Positions 58,983-64,000 of a stretch of 64,000 nt of DNA are shown here, piece after piece. The translations under genes and the position numbers were made by a program. The notes under the pieces are model-generated. The model saw nothing but the letters and a program-made list of their open reading frames with translations, made no database searches and was not told the origin of the DNA. The DNA lies in the NCBI GenBank assembly GCA_024636295.1, contig JAGXHI010000045.1, forward strand, positions 12,637 through 76,636. The letters run 5' to 3'. Each line of letters starts with the position of its first letter. The first letter of the stretch is position 1. The stretch is from Desulfuromonadales bacterium (GTDB lineage: Bacteria; Desulfobacterota; Desulfuromonadia; Desulfuromonadales; JAGXHI01).

Positions 58983-59858
58983 ATGCGGAAGAAGGAATGG
59001 ATCCGACTTGCTTTTGGCCTGGGGCTTTTGCTGGGCGCTGCAGCGAGTGCAGCCGCCGCGGAAAGCACCGCAGAGAAGGCTGAACGCGGCGAAGCGGTCT
59101 TTCAGCAGAATTGCAGCGGATGTCATACCATCGGAGGCGACAGGCCGACGGGCCCGGATCTGGCCGGGGTGACCGAGAGGCGCGACCGGCAATGGCTTCT
59201 GCGCATCATTCTGGAGCCGGATCGGCTGATTGCGGAAGGGGACCCGACCATTCGCAAGCTCATGGAAAAATATCCCATGGCCATGCCGGATGTGGGGCTG
59301 ACCGAGGAGGAAGCGGAAGCGGTCCTGACCTTTCTGCAGCACCCTCTGGAGGAACAGCACCAAGCGGGCGAGACCGCAGCCGCTAAGGGAAAAACGACGG
59401 AAGAACCGGCTGGCGATCCTCAGCACGGAAGGGATCTTTACGTCGGAACGGCCGCCTTTGAAAACGGCGGCGCGCCCTGTCTGGCCTGCCATGGTATCGC
59501 CGGCGAGGGACTTGGACGCGCTGCGGGGGCGAGTTTCGGGGCCGATTTGACGAATGCCTACCAGAGTTACGAGAGGGAAGGGCTGCTCGAAGTTCTGGAC
59601 AGCATTCCCTTTCCGAGCATGGCCCCGATATATTCCGAACATCCCTTGACTGATGAGGAGCAGCGCGACATTACTGCATTCCTGGGTGCGATTTCCGGGA
59701 CTCCCCCGAAGATCGCCGGAGTATTCGCTCTCGATGCGGGAATTGCTGCGGCGGCTCTTTTCGGGCTGGCGCTGTTGTTCGGATGGCGGCGGCTGAAGGG
59801 TGTGCGCAGGCCCCTGGTGGCGAAAACTCTCAGGCAATCCCGAAGGGAGGCGAAATGA
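58983..59858 (+). CDS. narC: Di-heme membrane-anchored cytochrome c, NarC-like
   Basis: Signal peptide, CSGCH and CLACH with MP/SM methionines, C-terminal TM helix; ATGA overlap with narG. Confidence 0.8.
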   Translation: MRKKEWIRLAFGLGLLLGAAASAAAAESTAEKAERGEAVFQQNCSGCHTIGGDRPTGPDLAGVTERRDRQWLLRIILEPDRLIAEGDPTIRKLMEKYPMAMPDVGLTEEEAEAVLTFLQHPLEEQHQAGETAAAKGKTTEEPAGDPQHGRDLYVGTAAFENGGAPCLACHGIAGEGLGRAAGASFGADLTNAYQSYEREGLLEVLDSIPFPSMAPIYSEHPLTDEEQRDITAFLGAISGTPPKIAGVFALDAGIAAAALFGLALLFGWRRLKGVRRPLVAKTLRQSRREAK

Positions 59859-62800
59859 GCTGGATAAAGGACATCATCGACCCGAAAGCCCGCCAATGGG
59901 AAGAATTTTATCGCAACCGGTATCAGCATGAAAAGGTCGTGCGCAGCACGCACGGCGTGAACTGCACCGGAGGCTGTTCCTGGAACGTTGCGGTCAAGGA
60001 CGGCATGGTCGCCTGGGAACTTCAGGCAACCGATTATCCCGCCCTCGAGGAAGGAATCCCCCCGTATGAGCCCCGCGGCTGTCAGCGCGGCATCTCCTTT
60101 TCCTGGTATCTCTACAGCCCCCTTCGTGTGAAGTATCCCTATCTGCGCGGAGTGCTCATGGATCTGTGGCGGGCGGCCAGGGCCGAGCACGACGACCCGG
60201 TCGCGGCATGGGAATCGATCGTGAACGATCCCGAAAAACGACGCACCTACCAGAAGGCGCGGGGAAAGGGCGGATTCCGACGCGCGAGCTGGGACGAAGT
60301 GCTCGAGCTCTCCGCCGCGGCCTCCGTTCACACCATCAAAAAACACGGTCCCGACCGGGTCATCGGTTTTTCTCCGATCCCCGCCATGTCCATGCTCTCC
60401 TTCGCCGCAGGTTCCCGCTTCATCCAGCTGATGGGCGGTGTGAACTTGTCTTTCTACGACTGGTACTGCGACCTTCCCAACGCCTCCCCTGAAATCTGGG
60501 GGGAGCAGACCGATGTGGCCGAGAGCGCCGACTGGCACAACAGCAAGTTCATCGCGGTGATGGGGTCGAATCTGAGCATGACCCGAACCCCCGATGTGCA
60601 CTACGTGGCACAGGCCCGACACAACGGCTCCAAACTGGTCGTTCTCTCGCCGGATTTTTCCATGACCTCCAAATACGCCGACTGGTGGATACCCGCCCAC
60701 GCCGGCCAGGACGGCGCCTTCTGGATGGCGGTCAATCACGTCATCCTCAATGAATTTCACTATCAAAAAGCCACTCCCTACTTCCTCGATTACATCTCGC
60801 GTTACACCGACAGTCCTTTTCTGATCGAACTGGAGGACAGGGGGAACGGGAGCTACTCCGCCGGTCGCCTGTTGCGGGCGGCGCAGCTCGAGAATTATCG
60901 CGAGGAAGAAAACGCCGATTTCAAGTACCTGATCTGGGACGAGTCGACGGACGGCCCGCGTATGCCTCTGGGAAGCATGGGCTTTCGATGGCAGCAGCAG
61001 AAGGGAGAATGGAATCTGCAGATGAAGGATGGCCGCGATGGCGCCGAGCTGTCGCCTCGCCTGTCCTTTCTGAAGCGGCACGATGAGATCTGCGAAGTGT
61101 CCTTTCCCGATTTCGCCGAGGAGAGAGCAACGCGGCGCGGCGTGCCTGTGCGCACCGTGGAAACCGAAGCGGGACCTGTGCGGGTCGCCACCGTTTACGA
61201 TCTGCTTATGGCACAGTTCGGAGTGAACCGCGGACTGAGAGGAAATTATCCCCGCGGCTATGATGATGATGCGGCGCCCTACACTCCGGCCTGGCAGGAA
61301 AAATTCACCGGCGTCGACCGTGCCAATGTCATTCAATTCGCCCGCGAATGGGCCGACACCGCCGAAAGGACTCAAGGGAAATGCTGCATCATCATCGGCG
61401 CTGGGGTCAATCACTGGTATCATGCCAACCTTGCTTACCGGGCCGGAATAGCGGCCCTGATGCTGTGTGGCTGCGTGGGGAAAAACGGCGGGGGACTCAA
61501 CCACTACGTGGGACAGGAGAAACTCGCCCCCGTGGCGCCCTGGGCAACTCTGTCCGGCGCCCTCGACTGGAGTCGGCCGCCGCGATTTCAGAACACCCCG
61601 AGTTTCCATTACGTTCACAGCGATCAGTGGCGTTACGAGCGAACCGTCGACGAGGCGAAGATTCGCCCGGCCGCCGAACCGGGTCCCGTCACCGACGGGC
61701 ACACCATGGACCACCAGGTTCGGGCGACTAAACTGGGATGGCTTCCCTTCTATCCCCAGTTCGACCGCAATTCCCTGGACCTGATCCACAGCGCCCGGGA
61801 GGACGGCGCCGACACCAGCGAAGAGATCGTCGACTGGACGGTGCGTCAGCTCAAGGAAAAGAAGCTGCGCTTCGCCGTGGAGGACCCGGATGCGCCGGAA
61901 AACTGGCCGAGGGTCTGGTTCATCTGGCGGGGCAACGCCCTGTCATCGAGCGCCAAAGGACACGAGTATTTCCTGAAGCATTATCTCGGAACCCATAACA
62001 GCACCATTGCGCCGGAGACCGCCGGAGAATCGGTCAAAGAGGCCGTCTGGCACGAGAAAGCGCCCGAAGGAAAGCTCGATCTGGTGATCGATCTCAATTT
62101 CCGGATGGACACCTCGGCCCTTTATTCCGACGTGATCCTTCCCGCCGCCACCTGGTATGAGAAAGACGACCTGAATTCCACCGATATGCATTCCTTTATT
62201 CATCCGCTGCAGGCGGCTGTCCCGCCCTGCTGGGAATCGCGCAGCGACTGGGACATCTTCCGGTCCCTGGCGGAGAAAGTCAGCGACCTGGCAAAGGTTC
62301 ACCTGCCCGAGCCGATCGACGATCTGGTATCCGTTCCCCTGCAGCATGACACTCCCGCCGAAATGGCCCAGCGGGAGATCCGCGACTGGAGCAAGGGAGA
62401 GTGTGAACCGATTCCGGGCAAAACAATGCCCGGTCTGGCCATTGTGAAGAGAGATTATGCCAATCTCTACAACCGCTTCGTCTCCTTTGGGCCGGAGGCG
62501 AGGGAGAAGGGGATCGGCGCCCACGGTCTCAATTGGGCGATCGAGGATATGTACGACGACCTGGCGAAGAAAAAATCCTCTCCACCCTGGGATGGCGGCC
62601 GATATCCGTCCCTTGTGGAAGCGGTCGATGCCGCCAACATCATCCTGGACCTTGCCCCGGAAACCAACGGTGAGGTTGCCTTCAGGGCTTTCCAGGCGGA
62701 GGAGAAGAAGGTCGGTCTTCCTCTGACCGACCTGGCGGAAAAGAGCCGGAGCGTACGGACGACCTTCGCCGATCTCGATCGCCAGCCCCGGCGGCTCCTG

Positions 62801-63478
62801 ACCAGTCCCTGCTGGTCGGGCATTACAAACGAGGGGCGCGCCTATTCGGCGTTTTGCCTCAATGTCGAGAAGCTGGTTCCCTGGCGGACCATCACCGGTC
62901 GGCAGCATTTCTATCTCGATCACCAGTCCTATATCGCCTATGGCGAAAACCTGCCCACCTACAAACCGAAACCCGGTGCGGCGATCCTTCAGGACCTGGT
63001 GGCCAGCCGGCCGGAGGGAGATGTCCTCAAACTCAATTTTCTGACGCCCCACGGCAAGTGGGGAATCCACTCCACCTACAGCGACAACCATCGGATGCTG
63101 GCCCTCTCGCGCGGTTGTCATCCCTTGTGGATCAACGACCGGGAGGCCGCGCAAATCGGTCTTGTGGACAACGACTGGGTGGAGGTCTACAACGACCACG
63201 GCGTCGTGGTGACCCGGGCCGCCGTCAGCGCCCGCATTCCCCGGGGAATGGGAATCCAGTACCATGCTCCGGAGCGCACGATCGGTGTGCCCAGGTCCCC
63301 CTTGCGGGGGAAACGCGCCGGGGTGCACAACAGCCTGATACGCACCCGACTCAAGCCCAACCTGATGGCCGGAGGCTACGGACAGTTCACCTATGCCTTC
63401 AACTACTGGGGGCCTACCGGCTCAAACCGGGACACCTTCATCCTGGTCCGGAAACTGATAGGAGAGCCTCAATGGTAG
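59855..63478 (+). CDS. narG: Respiratory nitrate reductase alpha subunit (NarG/NxrA family, no Tat signal)
   Basis: [14 protein letters not shown]...GCQRG FS0 motif, [10 protein letters not shown] Mo ligand, [19 protein letters not shown]; GGGAGG RBS. Confidence 0.96.
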   Translation: MSWIKDIIDPKARQWEEFYRNRYQHEKVVRSTHGVNCTGGCSWNVAVKDGMVAWELQATDYPALEEGIPPYEPRGCQRGISFSWYLYSPLRVKYPYLRGVLMDLWRAARAEHDDPVAAWESIVNDPEKRRTYQKARGKGGFRRASWDEVLELSAAASVHTIKKHGPDRVIGFSPIPAMSMLSFAAGSRFIQLMGGVNLSFYDWYCDLPNASPEIWGEQTDVAESADWHNSKFIAVMGSNLSMTRTPDVHYVAQARHNGSKLVVLSPDFSMTSKYADWWIPAHAGQDGAFWMAVNHVILNEFHYQKATPYFLDYISRYTDSPFLIELEDRGNGSYSAGRLLRAAQLENYREEENADFKYLIWDESTDGPRMPLGSMGFRWQQQKGEWNLQMKDGRDGAELSPRLSFLKRHDEICEVSFPDFAEERATRRGVPVRTVETEAGPVRVATVYDLLMAQFGVNRGLRGNYPRGYDDDAAPYTPAWQEKFTGVDRANVIQFAREWADTAERTQGKCCIIIGAGVNHWYHANLAYRAGIAALMLCGCVGKNGGGLNHYVGQEKLAPVAPWATLSGALDWSRPPRFQNTPSFHYVHSDQWRYERTVDEAKIRPAAEPGPVTDGHTMDHQVRATKLGWLPFYPQFDRNSLDLIHSAREDGADTSEEIVDWTVRQLKEKKLRFAVEDPDAPENWPRVWFIWRGNALSSSAKGHEYFLKHYLGTHNSTIAPETAGESVKEAVWHEKAPEGKLDLVIDLNFRMDTSALYSDVILPAATWYEKDDLNSTDMHSFIHPLQAAVPPCWESRSDWDIFRSLAEKVSDLAKVHLPEPIDDLVSVPLQHDTPAEMAQREIRDWSKGECEPIPGKTMPGLAIVKRDYANLYNRFVSFGPEAREKGIGAHGLNWAIEDMYDDLAKKKSSPPWDGGRYPSLVEAVDAANIILDLAPETNGEVAFRAFQAEEKKVGLPLTDLAEKSRSVRTTFADLDRQPRRLLTSPCWSGITNEGRAYSAFCLNVEKLVPWRTITGRQHFYLDHQSYIAYGENLPTYKPKPGAAILQDLVASRPEGDVLKLNFLTPHGKWGIHSTYSDNHRMLALSRGCHPLWINDREAAQIGLVDNDWVEVYNDHGVVVTRAAVSARIPRGMGIQYHAPERTIGVPRSPLRGKRAGVHNSLIRTRLKPNLMAGGYGQFTYAFNYWGPTGSNRDTFILVRKLIGEPQW

Positions 63479-63495
63479 AGGTCATGAACCCATCG

Positions 63496-63558
63496 GTAGG
63501 GGCGCAATTCATTGTGTCCGGGCAATTCAATGGCGGGCGCGATGAATCGCGCCCCTAC
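63496..63558. repeat. Inverted doublet of GTAG-type REP elements (REPIN-like)
   Basis: GTAGGGGCGCAATTCATTGTGTCC ... GGGCGCGATGAATCGCGCCCCTAC; each half is itself an imperfect palindrome. Confidence 0.8.
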
Positions 63559-63584
63559 GTTCCAGAAAAAAAAGGATGGAAACC

Positions 63585-64000
63585 ATGAATGTGCGCTCGC
63601 AGATATCCTCCGTTTTCCACCTCGACAAGTGCATCGGCTGCCATACCTGCAGCATCGCATGCAAAAACCTCTGGACCGACCGCCGGGGCGCCGAATACAT
63701 GTGGTGGAACAACGTGGAGACCAAACCGGGCACCGGTTATCCCACCCTCTGGGAGGATCAGGAAAAATACAAGGGAGGATGGGAAGTCACCGGCCATGAT
63801 CTTCATCTCAAGATGGGCGGTCGCGGGAGCCTTCTCGGAAAGATTTTTCATAATCCTCACCTGCCCACGGTGGACGATTATTACGAGCCCTACACCTACC
63901 GGTATGGAGACCTGTTCAATGCCCCCAAGGGGGACGATCAACCCACGGCCCGGCCCGTATCGATGATCAGCGGCGAACCGATGAAGATCGAGGCGGGACC
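63585..64000 (+). CDS. narH: Respiratory nitrate reductase beta subunit, 5' part; runs off the window
   Basis: Not in ORF track. From the ATG at 63585: MNVRSQISSVFHLDKCIGCHTCSIACKNLWTDRRGAEYMWWNNVETKPG. Confidence 0.95.
   Translation, partial: MNVRSQISSVFHLDKCIGCHTCSIACKNLWTDRRGAEYMWWNNVETKPGTGYPTLWEDQEKYKGGWEVTGHDLHLKMGGRGSLLGKIFHNPHLPTVDDYYEPYTYRYGDLFNAPKGDDQPTARPVSMISGEPMKIEAG

Noticed and set aside
1-64000. tRNA, rRNA, CRISPR arrays, integrases, transposases and defence systems
   Set aside because: No cloverleaf, regularly spaced repeat array or corresponding protein motif seen by eye; small elements could be missed without a scan

Overview
A 64 kb GC-rich bacterial chromosomal segment, most consistent with a Desulfuromonadales/Geobacterales-type deltaproteobacterium (inferred from RomR-valS, a MucR/Ros protein, REC-PilZ proteins, a long HflX and narC-narG-narH). 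Core blocks occupy about 1-17.5 kb (rarA, nadK, recN, GNAT, M23 peptidase, secA, argJ, deoB, mucR, romR, valS) and 35.4-58.6 kb (dsbC-like, fabI, hflX, mltD, smr, rne, ABC-F, parA-like, ompA/motB-like, nadC, birA, coaX, EF-G paralogue, SPOR, ZIP). Between them lies an accessory stress/damage-repair region (about 17.6-35.2 kb) with several decaying genes. The window ends in an FNR-box-led narC-narG-(REP doublet)-narH operon. No tRNA, rRNA, CRISPR array or transposase was seen. The best leads are a tri-heme CcP/TsdA-domain fusion lipoprotein lacking peroxidase catalytic residues, a DsbC-family protein with an N-terminal CxxCH heme-type motif, two adjacent exported Gln-rich proteins with a shared tail (one hidden behind an in-frame TAG), a TIGR04290/GH39/INO1 cluster collapsing by internal deletions, and a NarG resembling the Nitrobacter-NXR/Thermus clade. 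All family assignments come from motif recognition by eye; no database search was run.
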